A model generated the notes under the pieces. It was not told the origin of the DNA. It saw only the letters and a program-made list of their open reading frames with translations, and did not search any database. The translations under genes were made by a program, and so were the position numbers. A stretch of 64,000 bases of DNA from an uncultured Planctomycetota bacterium (GTDB taxonomy: Bacteria > Planctomycetota > Planctomycetia > Gemmatales > Gemmataceae): positions 448,001 through 512,000 of the forward strand of contig CAWKHF010000006.1 of assembly GCA_963849325.1 (NCBI GenBank). Reading direction: 5' to 3'. Positions 43,188 through 54,309 of this stretch are shown piece after piece. Numbering within the stretch: the stretch's first letter is position 1; each line of letters opens with the position of its first letter.

Positions 43188-44145
43188 GCGGACCCGTTTC
43201 GTGCAGATCGACCGCGACCTGCTCGCCGGGGAACATGCCGTGACGGAATGGCACGAGGTCTCGCTGCGCCGGCTTCGTCCCTGGCGGGTCTGCCGGGCCG
43301 TCCGCGATCACGACCTGGTCTTCGCCTGGTTCGCCAGCTGGCATTCGCTGCCGGCGGTGCTGTGGGCGCGGCGGCTGGGCAAACCGTCCATCGTCGTCAT
43401 CGGCGGCTACGACACTGCCAACGTCCCCGAGGCGGGTTACGGCTCCCAGCGCGGCGGACTGCGGAAAATCCTCTCGCGCACCGTCATTCGCGCCGCCACT
43501 CATCTGATCGCCAATTCGGAGTCGGCCAGACGCGAGGCGGTGGCCAACGCCGGCGCCGACCCCGGCCGCATCTCCGTGATCTACCACGGTGTGGAGCCGG
43601 CCCCCGACGCGCCGGCGGACGGCCGCGAACAACTCGCGCTGACCGTCGGCAACGTCTGGCGCGAGAACCTCCTGCGCAAAGGGCTGCTGCCCTTCGTCCG
43701 GGCTGCCGCTCACCTACCGGACGTGCGCTTCGTTCACGTCGGCAAATGGTGCGACGGCATCGAGGAATTGCGGCGGGAGGCGGCCCCCAACGTCGAATTT
43801 CGCGGCTTCCTGCCCGACGACGATCTCTTTCGCCTGTACGGCCGGGCCTCGGTCTACGTCCAGGCCAGCCTGCACGAGGGTTTCGGTCTCAGCGTCGCCG
43901 AGGCCATGTCGGCCGGCTGCGTTCCGGTGGTCAGCCGCGCCGGTTCGCTGCCCGAGGTGGTCGGCGACACCGGCGTCTTCACCGCTTCGACCGATGCCCG
44001 CAACGTCGCCGGCGCCATTCGCCAGGCGCTCGGACACGGTGACGAGGCGCGCCGGCAGGCGCGGGCCCGCATCCTGGAGCAGTTCCCGATGCAGCGCCGC
44101 CAGGCCGCCCTCCTCGCCCTTGTCGCCGCACTCCTCCGAGCCTGA
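43144..44145 (+). CDS. Glycosyltransferase family 4
   Basis: SLHEGFGLSVAEAMSAG. Confidence 0.9.
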   Translation: MREAVSKRILFVHNERTRFVQIDRDLLAGEHAVTEWHEVSLRRLRPWRVCRAVRDHDLVFAWFASWHSLPAVLWARRLGKPSIVVIGGYDTANVPEAGYGSQRGGLRKILSRTVIRAATHLIANSESARREAVANAGADPGRISVIYHGVEPAPDAPADGREQLALTVGNVWRENLLRKGLLPFVRAAAHLPDVRFVHVGKWCDGIEELRREAAPNVEFRGFLPDDDLFRLYGRASVYVQASLHEGFGLSVAEAMSAGCVPVVSRAGSLPEVVGDTGVFTASTDARNVAGAIRQALGHGDEARRQARARILEQFPMQRRQAALLALVAALLRA

Positions 44146-44207
44146 GGCGTAAGCGAAGAGGGACGGCAACCGAAGGTTGCCGTTCTCTTCGCATACGCCT
44201 CAGGCTC
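44138..44207. repeat. REP-like palindrome family A, copy 4 (with compensatory changes)
   Basis: GAGCCTGAGGCGTAAGCGAAG...CTTCGCATACGCCTCAGGCTC. Confidence 0.88.
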
Positions 44208-44235
44208 GGATCGATTCCTTTTGTCCGCGGGAGAA

Positions 44236-45284
44236 ATGCTCGTGACCGATACCGCCCCCGCCTCGCTTCCTTTCGTCTCCGTGCTGGTCCCGGCGCGGAA
44301 TGAGGGGCGCCACATCGCTCGCTGCCTCGACGGCGTCCTTAACCAGGACTACCCGCGCGAGCGGATGGAGGTGATCGTCGCCGACGGCATGTCCAGCGAC
44401 GACACGCGCGACATCACGGCGAGCTACGCCGCCCGCGACGGCCGCGTCCGCGTCATCGACAACCCTCGCGGCATCGTCGCTACCGGGTTGAATGCCGCCC
44501 TGGCGCTGGCCCGCGGCGAGGTGATCGTCCGCGTGGACGCGCACACGGAATATGCCCCCGATTACGTCCGTCAATGTATCGCCGTCCTCGCCGAGACGGG
44601 GGCGGCCAACGTCGGTGGGCCGGCATGCACGCGCACGACACGATCTGGCAGCGGGCCATCGCCGCCGCCTACCACTCGCCGTTTTCCTGCGGCGGCGCTC
44701 GCTTTCATGACGTGGCCTACGAGGGGCCGGTGGATACGGTGACGTATGGCTGCTGGAAGAGGGATGTCTTCGACCGCGTCGGTCTGTTCGATGAGGAACT
44801 GGTGCGCAACCAGGACGACGAGCACAACCTCCGCCTGCGCCGTGCCGGCGAATTGGTGTGGCAGTCGCCGCGCATCCGCAGCTGGTATAGGCCGCGTGGC
44901 TCGCTGCCGGCCCTGTTCCGCCAGTACGTGCAGTATGGCTACTGGAAAGTTCGAGTGATCCGCAAGCACAAGCTGCCGGCGTCGGTGCGTCATCTGGTGC
45001 CCGCGCTGTTCGTGGCCGGACTCATCGTGTTGACGCTGGCCGCGCCCTGGTGGCCGCCCGCCCTGTGGGCCTGGGTCGGGTTGACGAGCTGTTATCTGCT
45101 CGCCGTGACGACGGCCTCGTTCCTCACCTGCGTCAAGGCGGGCTGGGAGCTTCTGCCCCTCCTGCCGGCCGTCTTCTGGTGTTATCACTTCGGCTACGGT
45201 TATGGATTTCTTCGCGCCCTCGGCGATGCCCTCCTTCCGAAGAGGAAATGGGCCGAGGCCGGCTTCAGCACCCTCACGCGCTGA
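44236..45284 (+). CDS. Glycosyltransferase family 2 (ExoA-like; frameshift near 44635)
   Basis: PARNE, ADGMSSD, RVDAH, RNQDDEHNLR, QYGYWK. Confidence 0.88.
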
Positions 45285-46296
45285 GGTCGCGGCATCGCGG
45301 CGTACACGCCTCCAGCAGCTTGCGAAGATAGTTGTCGAAGGTGAAGTGACTCTCGACGTGACGACAAGCGTTCTCCGCCAGCCGGCGCCGGAGATCGTCG
45401 TCGGCGATCAAGCGCTGAATCTGCAGCCGCAGCTCCGCCGAATCTCCCGGCGCGTAAAACAGGACTTCGCGCTCCGAGACGTAGTCCATGACCTGGAACG
45501 TCCGGGCGGCGATGACGGGTACGTGCATCTGGGCGGCTTCGAGCAGGGCGATTTGACCCAGGAGGCGCTGGTGCCGCTGTCCGAAAAGAGGAACCACCGC
45601 GATCGCCGCCTGCGCGATGAAATCGCGGTAGCGTGCGAACGGCAGTTCGTAGTGGACCTCGACGTTCGCCGGGAGATTGTCTCCGATGGTGGCCCGATCC
45701 GAGGCGCCGGCCACGAGCACCGTGCGCCAGGGAAGGTCGCGGACGGCGTCGAGAAAACACGGGAAGTCTCGATGACGCCCGGCGGCGAGGACGTAGGGCG
45801 ATGCGATTACCGGAGGGCGGACCTCCTTCCGCCAGGTCGCGGCATCCGTGTAGACGTGATAAGGAATGAACACGAATCGATGCGACGGGGTGCCGAAGAA
45901 CGTCGAATACAGTCGGACCTCGGCCTCGGAATGGACGATGACGACGTCAACCAGGGCCGTCAGCCGCCGGAAGAAGAGCCGTCGCATCGTCCGCCGCAGC
46001 CTCGAATACATCGTTGGCTTCGTCGGCGCCGGCTCACTGGTATCGAAGTAAAACTCATGCTGGACGAGCCAAAGTCGGGGCCGGAAAATGGATCGCAGCA
46101 GCGCGAACAGGAACGCCAAGCGAAGGTCGCCGTAGAGAAGGACCGTGTCGTATCGTCCCGCTACTTTCCCTAACAGGAGCACTTTCAGCCACAGGGATCG
46201 GCGCTGCCACGACGGGATGGCTTCGGTGATGGGAGTGGCATGCGCGAACCATTCCGGGTCCGTGTTCAAGGTCGGATTGAGACTCAAAATGCGCAT
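45274..46296 (-). CDS. Glycosyltransferase family 4-like
   Basis: AAGRHRDF, GQIALLEA. Confidence 0.75.
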   Translation of the reverse strand: MRILSLNPTLNTDPEWFAHATPITEAIPSWQRRSLWLKVLLLGKVAGRYDTVLLYGDLRLAFLFALLRSIFRPRLWLVQHEFYFDTSEPAPTKPTMYSRLRRTMRRLFFRRLTALVDVVIVHSEAEVRLYSTFFGTPSHRFVFIPYHVYTDAATWRKEVRPPVIASPYVLAAGRHRDFPCFLDAVRDLPWRTVLVAGASDRATIGDNLPANVEVHYELPFARYRDFIAQAAIAVVPLFGQRHQRLLGQIALLEAAQMHVPVIAARTFQVMDYVSEREVLFYAPGDSAELRLQIQRLIADDDLRRRLAENACRHVESHFTFDNYLRKLLEACTPRCRDLSA

Positions 46297-46314
46297 GATG
46301 TCCAGAAAAACTTC

Positions 46315-46377
46315 GTTTAACCGCGACGCGCAGCGGAGCGCGTCGGTCCCGCGCTCCGCTGCGCGTCGCGGCTAAAC
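46315..46377. repeat. REP-like palindrome family B, copy 3
   Basis: GTTTAACCGCGACGCGCAGCGGAGC...GCTCCGCTGCGCGTCGCGGCTAAAC. Confidence 0.88.
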
Positions 46378-48312
46378 GGAGCCGGGAAGATGCCCCAGAA
46401 GTAAAACGTACCCTCGCCAAGAAGGTTCTCCACGCGAACCCGGCACGCCGGCGCCTCCAGAGGCGGCGTAGGCGTCCCCCATACCGTGGCCGTGTAGTGC
46501 TCATAGGCATCGGGGTAACCGGATCGGCCAACGAGGTGCAAGCGTTTGGGCCAATGGGCCAGGGGGCGGCAGCGCGTTGCTTGCGCAGGCCCAGCTCGCC
46601 GTGTCCTCATTCGCCCGAAGGACGAAGGTCCGGGCCTCTCCACTATCCGACTCGAAAACCAGACGGGCTACCGGAGTGCCGTCGGGGACCGGAGTCCGGC
46701 ATCGGTAGTTGGAAGCGACCAGAAAATGGCCCGGAGGGAGTTGGGCCGCGACCGTGACGGCCGGCCGATCCTTGTCCAATCTCATGAAGCCGAGCAGTTC
46801 CCAGTCCTCGTTGTGGACCTTCAACGGCAGTCGCAAGTCCTGCTCCGGCAGTCCGAGCCGAGACGGACGGAAGCGGACCAGCCCGCCCGAGCGATCGCGC
46901 TCATAGACGGTGACCTGGCCCGGAAAGAGAGTGTAATTGCGGACCAATTCGTACCGGGCGTCCAGGGCGAGCGCAACGTCGTCGAGGTGCCGGGTCATCT
47001 TCAGGCGGGCGTCATTGGACACGAGCACGAGCCGCGTGGGGAGCTTGTCCGGGACCACTCCGGGAGGCGACACCGACGTGGATGGAGGCGCATAGCGGAG
47101 GACCCTCTCCTCGGCGCGGCCATCCACGAGCACACAGGTATCGGCCGGCTCGGCGATGGCTTCGCGGAGCTGGCTCCGCCAATCCATCACGTCCACCGGC
47201 GGATCGTTCCAGGACGGGACCAGCAAGCAGCCCAGCCCGACGACCTGGACGGCGAGCGGCGCCAGCAGCAACAGGTAGCGCTCGGCCATACCCACCGCGA
47301 TGGCGGCGAGGATGCCCGGCAGGAGGAAGATAACGTGCCTGGAATCGACCCCGGGAGCCTGAGCGGGGGCGAGCGTGTCCGCGACCAGAAAGACAAAAGC
47401 GAATTGCAGCAGAAAAATGACGACGAGCGATTGGAGGAATGGGGCCGTCCTCAGCCGGAGCAGTCCCCGCGCCAGGGCGACGACCGAGATCAGCATGGCG
47501 GGCACCGACACCCACCACCACAAGGGATACAGCCGTCTGCCGAGAGTGAAGCAGTGAACGGCGTAGACCATCTTGGCCAGCCCCACGGTCACGCCGCCGC
47601 GAGCCGGGACGCCGGCTGTCACCGGCTGATTTTCCAGGCGCTGTTCGAGCATCACGATTCCTTGCCGGATCGGCGGAACGAACAACAGCGCGACCAGGAC
47701 GAGGCCGACCAGCAGAAAGAGCGGCTTCGCTCGTCCCAGGCGCGGCCACATCCAGGTCACGACCAGGGCGGCGATCACTAAGAGGCAAAAGAACTGGGCC
47801 GAACAAAGCAGAAGCAGGGAGCCGAGCAACCAAAGAGCGTTCGCCCGATCCGGCCGCATCTGCCAGGCCCGGAACCGCCACAGGGTCAGGACGGTCCCGG
47901 CGACAAAGTAAGCGTAATAGCGAATGTAGAGAAAATAGATCCATAAAAACGGATTCGTGACCCACAGAAGCAGAATGGCGAAGCGGGTGAACGGAGAGAG
48001 CGGTTCCAGGTCGAGCCAGCGCCGCAGCGCCCACACGCTCACGCCTCCCCAGAAAAGAGAGAGGCAGCGCAGCGCCCAATCCTGGTCCGTCACGCTCAAC
48101 AAGGCCCTCAGCTGCAGACAGTAGCCGATGCCGGCTGGATTGAGTTCCAGGTTGCGGGCCTCGGCCAGCGACCAGTACTCATCGCCGTAGAAAGCGGGAA
48201 ACGAGTCGAACAGGAAGAGGAGGGCCGGAATCAGCCCGAAGAGCAACCAGATCGCCGGTGATCCCACCGAGCGTCCTGGCGTTGTCTCAAGGGGAACCGT
48301 GGAGGAGTCCAT
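46317..48312 (-). CDS. Polytopic membrane protein, GT-C (PMT/GT39-like) glycosyltransferase candidate (C-terminal frameshift)
   Basis: FYGDEYWS, LRCLS, IRYY motifs and ~11 TM segments. Confidence 0.55.
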
Positions 48313-48349
48313 AATAGCTTTCGCCTTCTTTTCGGCCGATCAATGTCTG

Positions 48350-50578
48350 TCAATAGGTCCGCAGGACCATCACGCGAGCGCGGCCCGCCGCGAGGCCGCT
48401 GTCCAGGAAGAGAACGTAACTGCCCGACGCCGGTGGGGTCGAACCGCCGGAATCGTGGATCGTGCCCTCGACTCGCTGGGAGGCGATGCCGATGTCGCCG
48501 GCCTTCCAGGCGCCGTCGGTTTGGATGCCCGGGACGACACTGCCGGGTGCGGAGCCGGCCAGCAGGATGCCTTTCTGACTCTCCGTCGCATCGGCGATGG
48601 CGAAGCCGAGGAAGGTGTTCTCCTTTAAAGTCAGGTGGGCCGCCTGCCCCGAGTCTCCCAGTCGTACCGTTCGACCGCCTGCCAGCGGCGAGGCGGATCG
48701 GGCCACTCGCAAAAGACGCCCCGAAGCGCGATCGAGCGGCACAACATGATCGTCCTGTGCCTTGTAGCGGATGGACAGGGAGTTGTTGGCGAAGTCGAGT
48801 CCGGGCGGCACATCGACCAGTTGCAGCCCTGCCCCGGTGACGGTGTTGTCGTGAATCGAGCCGGTCGGGACGTTGGCCGCCGCGTTCCAGTTGCCGAAGG
48901 TCGCGCCCTCCGACAGCAGAACTTGATTGCCGGCGATTTCGACGTTGCGGGCGTCGGCCTTGAGCACCGTCGTGAACGCTCCGCCGCGGAGCGTGGCCCG
49001 GTTGCCGCGGACCACCATGTTGTCGCCGTTGAGAGCGACGCAGACGCCGGCGGAGCCGCTGAACTGGTTGTCGCTAATCAGGCAGGAACCATCGGCTCGC
49101 ACCATCGGCCCCTTGCCGCGCCAGTCGAAAAACTGATTGCCGCTCACCACCGCGTTGTTGCCGGCGACGATGCCGATGGCGCTTGAGCCGCTGTCGTTCA
49201 ACGGACGGAAGACGTTGCCGACGACCGACTGATTGAAGGCGTCGGCGTTCGACGACAGGGCGAGGTAGACCACTCCGGCAGCGTCCTCAAAAACGCAATT
49301 GGACAGGAGCGCTCCGCCGGTGCCGATGGCGACACCGACGCCGGTACTCGGACTTTTCGCGCCTGCGGTGCGGCGAAAAATACAACCAATCACTTCCGTA
49401 TATCGGTTCATCGGCTGGCCGCGCGGCACGTCGGGGTTGGCGCCGTCGGAGGGGACGGAATCGGCGACCAAGTGTTGGGCGCCGGGATTGACGGACAAAC
49501 AGCCAAGGTAGCGGTTACCGCTGGCATCCAAGGCGGTGACGGCGATGTGATTGTGATAACTGAAACCGCCGACTCCCTCCGCCTGGCAAGCGTGGAAGCT
49601 GTTGTATCCGCCCTGGATGTAGAAGCCGTGCTGGGTAGATCGGCGGCCCACATTCCGCACGAGGCAATCGCGGAAAATGTTTTTGCACGAGTTGACGACG
49701 AACCCGGTCGCTTGCCCCGCGTCGTGGACGCAAACCCGTTCGACGATGGCATACTGATTGCCGAGGCTGGGAACCTCGACGGCATCGTTCGCTCGGTGGT
49801 CGTTGGCGAAGTTGGCGGTACACGTGGTCGCCGTCACCTCGGCGACGGCAACGAACTCGGGCGCCGCGCCGCCGATCCGCAGGAGGCGCCCCGCGTAGAT
49901 GCCTTCCATCGAAGCCGGCGCGACTGTCCGTTTTCCGGCGTCTATGTCCTGGCCCAGCGTCGTGACGGACTCGGCCTGGGAAGCGCGCTGGTAGAGGGTG
50001 ATGCCGGCGCCGCCGGCGTTGCCGCCGCCGAACACTCCCGCGATGTCCAGGTCGAAGAGGTGAGGATCGAACGCGCCGGACTCGACGGCGATCACCACCA
50101 GGCCGGCCCCTCCGCCGCCGTCGCGCATGTTGGCGCCGTTGACAAAACTCAGGTCGTGCAGGGATTGGTTTCGTCCCTGGAGGCTGAACACCTTGACGTC
50201 CGCGCGAAGAGTGACGTTGTCCGCGTAACGAAGGACCGTCTTGCCGATACCGTCGCCGAAGATTTCCATGCCGTCGCGGGAAACAGGGAATCGGACGCCT
50301 CGGCTACCGCTGAGCAGGTAGGTGCCCGCCGGCAGATACAGCCGGGCGTGCGAGGACTTCCTGGCGGCGGCCAGGGCGGCGGCGATTGCCTCGGTGTCAT
50401 CGGTCTCCCCATCCCCCCGGGCGCCGTACTCGCGGACGTTCACCACCTGGGCGGTGCCGCCCGGCGCCGGTTGCGGCGAACGAGACGCCGCCCGGAAGAG
50501 CGTGGGAGATACCCCGGCCATTCCGGCCACGCAGGCCAGAAGGACCGCACTCCGCCATCGCCGTTTCGGCGTCCGCAT
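48350..50578 (-). CDS. Secreted right-handed beta-helix protein (pectate lyase-3/GH28-like N-terminus)
   Basis: VNVREYGARGDGETDDTEAI...LYLPAGTY, Asn-rich beta-helix repeats, signal peptide. Confidence 0.8.
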   Translation of the reverse strand: MRTPKRRWRSAVLLACVAGMAGVSPTLFRAASRSPQPAPGGTAQVVNVREYGARGDGETDDTEAIAAALAAARKSSHARLYLPAGTYLLSGSRGVRFPVSRDGMEIFGDGIGKTVLRYADNVTLRADVKVFSLQGRNQSLHDLSFVNGANMRDGGGGAGLVVIAVESGAFDPHLFDLDIAGVFGGGNAGGAGITLYQRASQAESVTTLGQDIDAGKRTVAPASMEGIYAGRLLRIGGAAPEFVAVAEVTATTCTANFANDHRANDAVEVPSLGNQYAIVERVCVHDAGQATGFVVNSCKNIFRDCLVRNVGRRSTQHGFYIQGGYNSFHACQAEGVGGFSYHNHIAVTALDASGNRYLGCLSVNPGAQHLVADSVPSDGANPDVPRGQPMNRYTEVIGCIFRRTAGAKSPSTGVGVAIGTGGALLSNCVFEDAAGVVYLALSSNADAFNQSVVGNVFRPLNDSGSSAIGIVAGNNAVVSGNQFFDWRGKGPMVRADGSCLISDNQFSGSAGVCVALNGDNMVVRGNRATLRGGAFTTVLKADARNVEIAGNQVLLSEGATFGNWNAAANVPTGSIHDNTVTGAGLQLVDVPPGLDFANNSLSIRYKAQDDHVVPLDRASGRLLRVARSASPLAGGRTVRLGDSGQAAHLTLKENTFLGFAIADATESQKGILLAGSAPGSVVPGIQTDGAWKAGDIGIASQRVEGTIHDSGGSTPPASGSYVLFLDSGLAAGRARVMVLRTY

Positions 50579-50729
50579 CCTCAACACTCCCCCGAGCCAG
50601 AGAGTTGGTAACCGTTTCTTGCTGGTTTTGGATGCCGGCCCGGTGGAATGGATTCGCAGGGTGAGGGCGAATCCTTCCGCCACTGCCAACCTCTAAGAAC
50701 GGGCGGACATGTAAAGTTGAGGGATGAGG

Positions 50730-51393
50730 ATGCTTCACCCCGTCCTGTCTCTGTTGGCCCGTGGCAAACGCTACCTCGCCCTTCGTACACGGGCCAAACG
50801 CTATGCGACGGTCGCGGCCGGCTGGATGGACGATCTGTACTGGGATTGGCGCTGCGGCGGCTGGACCGGCGGCATCGTCGAGAACGTCCTACGCCGCGCG
50901 CGGAGCCTGCAACACCGAGTCGATCCGTTACGACGTTCTCCGGCGTGTTTTCCGGCAGGTGAAGATCGCACCCAACGATGTGCTGGTCGATGTCGGCTGC
51001 GGCAAGGGACGTGTTCTCGCCTGGTGGCTGTCGAGGGGCTATCGCAATCGGATGATCGGCCTGGAACTGGATCCTCGCATCGCGGCCGCGACCGCGGCGC
51101 GCTTCGCCGCCGCCTCGAACGTGCGGGTCATCGCCGGCGATGCCGTCGAGAACCTACCGCCGGACGGGACGCTGTTCTGGCTCTTCAATCCGTTCGACGA
51201 GCCGGTCCTGCGGGCCTTCCGCGATCGTCTGAAACAGTGCTGCGAAGAAGGAGCACGCCTGGTCTATTCTCACGCCCGACATCTGGCGGTGTTCTCCGGT
51301 GACGCCGCATTCACCTGCGAGCCTCTCTGTCCCGGATGGCTGGGTACACGAGCGCGGCCAACCTATTTGATTCAGCTTTCTTTCCGAGCCTGA
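50730..51393 (+). CDS. Class I SAM-dependent methyltransferase (frameshift near 50895)
   Basis: LVDVGCGKGRVL, GLELD, GDAV, LFNPF. Confidence 0.82.
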
Positions 51394-51454
51394 AGCGTAA
51401 GCGAAGAGGACGGCAACCGAAGGTTGCCGTCCTCTTCGCTTACGCTTCAGGCTC
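51386..51454. repeat. REP-like palindrome family A, copy 5
   Basis: GAGCCTGAAGCGTAAGCGAAGAGGACGGCAACC...GGTTGCCGTCCTCTTCGCTTACGCTTCAGGCTC. Confidence 0.9.
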
Positions 51455-51475
51455 GGAAAGAAAGCTTGTCTGGTA

Positions 51476-52216
51476 CTACGGACATTCTTCTTCGTGGATC
51501 GCCTGCATGACCCAGCGGTTGATGTCGCGGAGCATGTCGCGGTGAATGCCGTGGTTGGAGGCGTAGGTGTGCATGCGGATGGACAGACCGGCGGTGTAGA
51601 GCAGACGATAATCCTGGCGGGCCATCTCCAGCGGCACGACCTCGTTGGCGACGCCGTGGCCGATGAGGATGCGGAGGTGGCGGACCTCCGGCAGTCGCAA
51701 CAGCGGCCCGCCGCGCCGCGGCATGGCGCCGTTGAGCGAGATGATCCCCGCGAAGCGCTCAGGGAACGTCATGCCCAGCCGATACGCCAGCGTCGCTCCC
51801 TCGTGGAAACCGGCCAGGTAAATGCGCTCCGAGTGAACGTGATAGTGCCGCCGCGTCTGCTCGATCGCTCGGAAGACGTACTCCTCGACGCGGCCGTCGT
51901 CGTGGGCTTCCGCGTCCCAGCTGTAGGCCGGCAGGCCGTTGTCGCGCAAGCCCAAGGCGCGCGGCCCACGCAGGCCGATACAGATGTAATTGCGCCGGCT
52001 TAATTGTGGAGCCAGGCGGAGGATTTGCTCCTCGCTGCCGCCGTGGCCGTGCAGGAAGACCAGCAGCGGATAGGGATAGTTGGCCTCATAGCCGGTCGGC
52101 AAGAAGGTCCGCAGGGGCCAACCGTCTCCGCGGCGCTCCTGAGAGGCCGGTACTTCCGAGGTGTAAAAGCCCTCGGCCGGACGGGACAGAAAGACGGGCA
52201 GGTCGGTAGGTGGCAT
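51476..52216 (-). CDS. Alpha/beta hydrolase (phospholipase/carboxylesterase-like); nucleophile motif GFHEG lacks Ser
   Basis: PLLVFLHGHG, IYLAGFHEGA, IGHG. Confidence 0.75.
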   Translation of the reverse strand: MPPTDLPVFLSRPAEGFYTSEVPASQERRGDGWPLRTFLPTGYEANYPYPLLVFLHGHGGSEEQILRLAPQLSRRNYICIGLRGPRALGLRDNGLPAYSWDAEAHDDGRVEEYVFRAIEQTRRHYHVHSERIYLAGFHEGATLAYRLGMTFPERFAGIISLNGAMPRRGGPLLRLPEVRHLRILIGHGVANEVVPLEMARQDYRLLYTAGLSIRMHTYASNHGIHRDMLRDINRWVMQAIHEEECP

Positions 52217-52500
52217 GAGATACCCGTTGTTCCAATTCTAGCGGTTCCGCCGATTGTACGAGTTCTAAGGACTTATGGGCGAACCTTTTCGGGCGAATCC
52301 ACGTCCTTCATTCACGAGGACGGGCCAAGTCTACGTTTGCACGCCGAGGGTGTCAACGCGGCCCTGAAGCAAACTCCGCAAAAACAAGGCTTTTTCGCCG
52401 TCCGGCTGCGGAATGCAACGGTTAGGCGGAGTAGGCGGAACGGCGGAGATAAACGGAATGATGCGATCCCTTCCAAATTCCAAGTTCTGAGTGACTTTTA

Positions 52501-52601
52501 GGCGAACGGCCGGCGTTAGCCGGCTGGTACTATGGCGAACGGCCGGCGTTAGCCGGCTGGTGGAGATCTTCTTACCAGCCGGCTAACGCCGGCCGTTCGC
52601 C
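52501..52601. repeat. REP-like family C: two direct copies and one inverted copy of a 28-mer
   Basis: GGCGAACGGCCGGCGTTAGCCGGCTGGT x2, then ACCAGCCGGCTAACGCCGGCCGTTCGCC. Confidence 0.88.
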
Positions 52602-52607
52602 ATAGTC

Positions 52608-53219
<612 letters not shown>

Positions 53220-53239
53220 CCTCGCTCACTCCTGTTAAA

Positions 53240-53288
53240 GCGATCAGCAATCAGCAGTCCCAACGGCTGATTGCTGATTGCTGATCGC
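53240..53288. repeat. ATCAGCA heptamer hairpin
   Basis: GCGATCAGCAATCAGC...GCTGATTGCTGATTGCTGATCGC. Confidence 0.7.
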
Positions 53289-53295
53289 TTTTGTT

Positions 53296-54270
53296 TTACT
53301 TGCCCGACAGGGGTTCATCCAGGGGCTTGATGCCGAGACGGCGCACGATCTTGAGGGGTTTGCCGGGGAAGCCCTTGAAGCCGGCTACGCCGACGGTAGC
53401 GTGGAAGACGCCGGCCGGCTCGCCGGTCGTTACGAAGATCTCGTCGTGGCGCGGCCCGCCGAAGGTGAGATTGCTCACCTGTCCGGCCGGGATGGGGATG
53501 TGGCCGAGGACGTGCGCCTGCGGACTGAGGAGGGTGATACGGCCTTGACGGGTCTGGGGCCGATGGAAGTCGGCAACCCAGAAATTGCCGGCCGCGTCGA
53601 AGACACAGCCGTCGCCGCCGGAACCACCCAGGGCGAAGAACACCACCGGCTTGCCCAGCGGCTGGCCGGGTGCTGGCAGGTCGTAACGCAGCACCTTGGC
53701 CGTCTGCGATTCGATCAGGTACAGGTAGCGGTTGTCCGGATCGACTTCGAGTCCGTTGGGGAACGCCAGGTTGTTCGCCAGTCGATCCACCACGCCGTCC
53801 GGCGTCACGCGGAAGATGCTGCCGACCGGCTCCTCGCGCGACGAGCCGCTTGGGTCCGTCCAGTACACGTTGCCGTCGCGATCGACCGTAACGTCGTTGA
53901 GACTGTTCAACTTCTGGCCGCGATACTTTTCGACCACGACACTCACTGTCCCATCCGGGGCCAAATCGAGCAGGGCCGGCAGTTTGTTATCGCAGACGAG
54001 AATGTGTCCGTTGGCGAATAGATAGGTGCCGGCGGGACTGACGTCCAGGTAGCGGCGCACCTTGCGGTCGCGGGTCACGCGCAGCAGGCCGGTACTGCAA
54101 AAGAACAATTCGCCGTCGCGCCAGCTCGGCCCCTCCGAGTAGGCCGGCGCGGCGGCGTAGCGTTCGACTTTGACCCGAGACAGCCGGGCGCTCCATTCGG
54201 AAGGCGAGTCGGCGGCATACAGGCCGGACAGGGATAGGAGGGACATCAGACAGGCCAGGGTACGGCGCAT
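53296..54270 (-). CDS. SMP-30/gluconolactonase/LRE family protein
   Basis: EGPSW, LNSLND, FPNGL, GDGCVFD, SNLTFGG; signal peptide. Confidence 0.9.
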   Translation of the reverse strand: MRRTLACLMSLLSLSGLYAADSPSEWSARLSRVKVERYAAAPAYSEGPSWRDGELFFCSTGLLRVTRDRKVRRYLDVSPAGTYLFANGHILVCDNKLPALLDLAPDGTVSVVVEKYRGQKLNSLNDVTVDRDGNVYWTDPSGSSREEPVGSIFRVTPDGVVDRLANNLAFPNGLEVDPDNRYLYLIESQTAKVLRYDLPAPGQPLGKPVVFFALGGSGGDGCVFDAAGNFWVADFHRPQTRQGRITLLSPQAHVLGHIPIPAGQVSNLTFGGPRHDEIFVTTGEPAGVFHATVGVAGFKGFPGKPLKIVRRLGIKPLDEPLSGK

Positions 54271-54309
54271 GGGCGCGGCCCTCGGGTTGGCAGGCAACGA
54301 CGCTTCGGA

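Noticed and set aside
52501-52601. Mini CRISPR array from the 28-bp repeats
   Set aside because: Direct copies are only 5 bp apart and the third is inverted, which is REP/BIME-like organisation.
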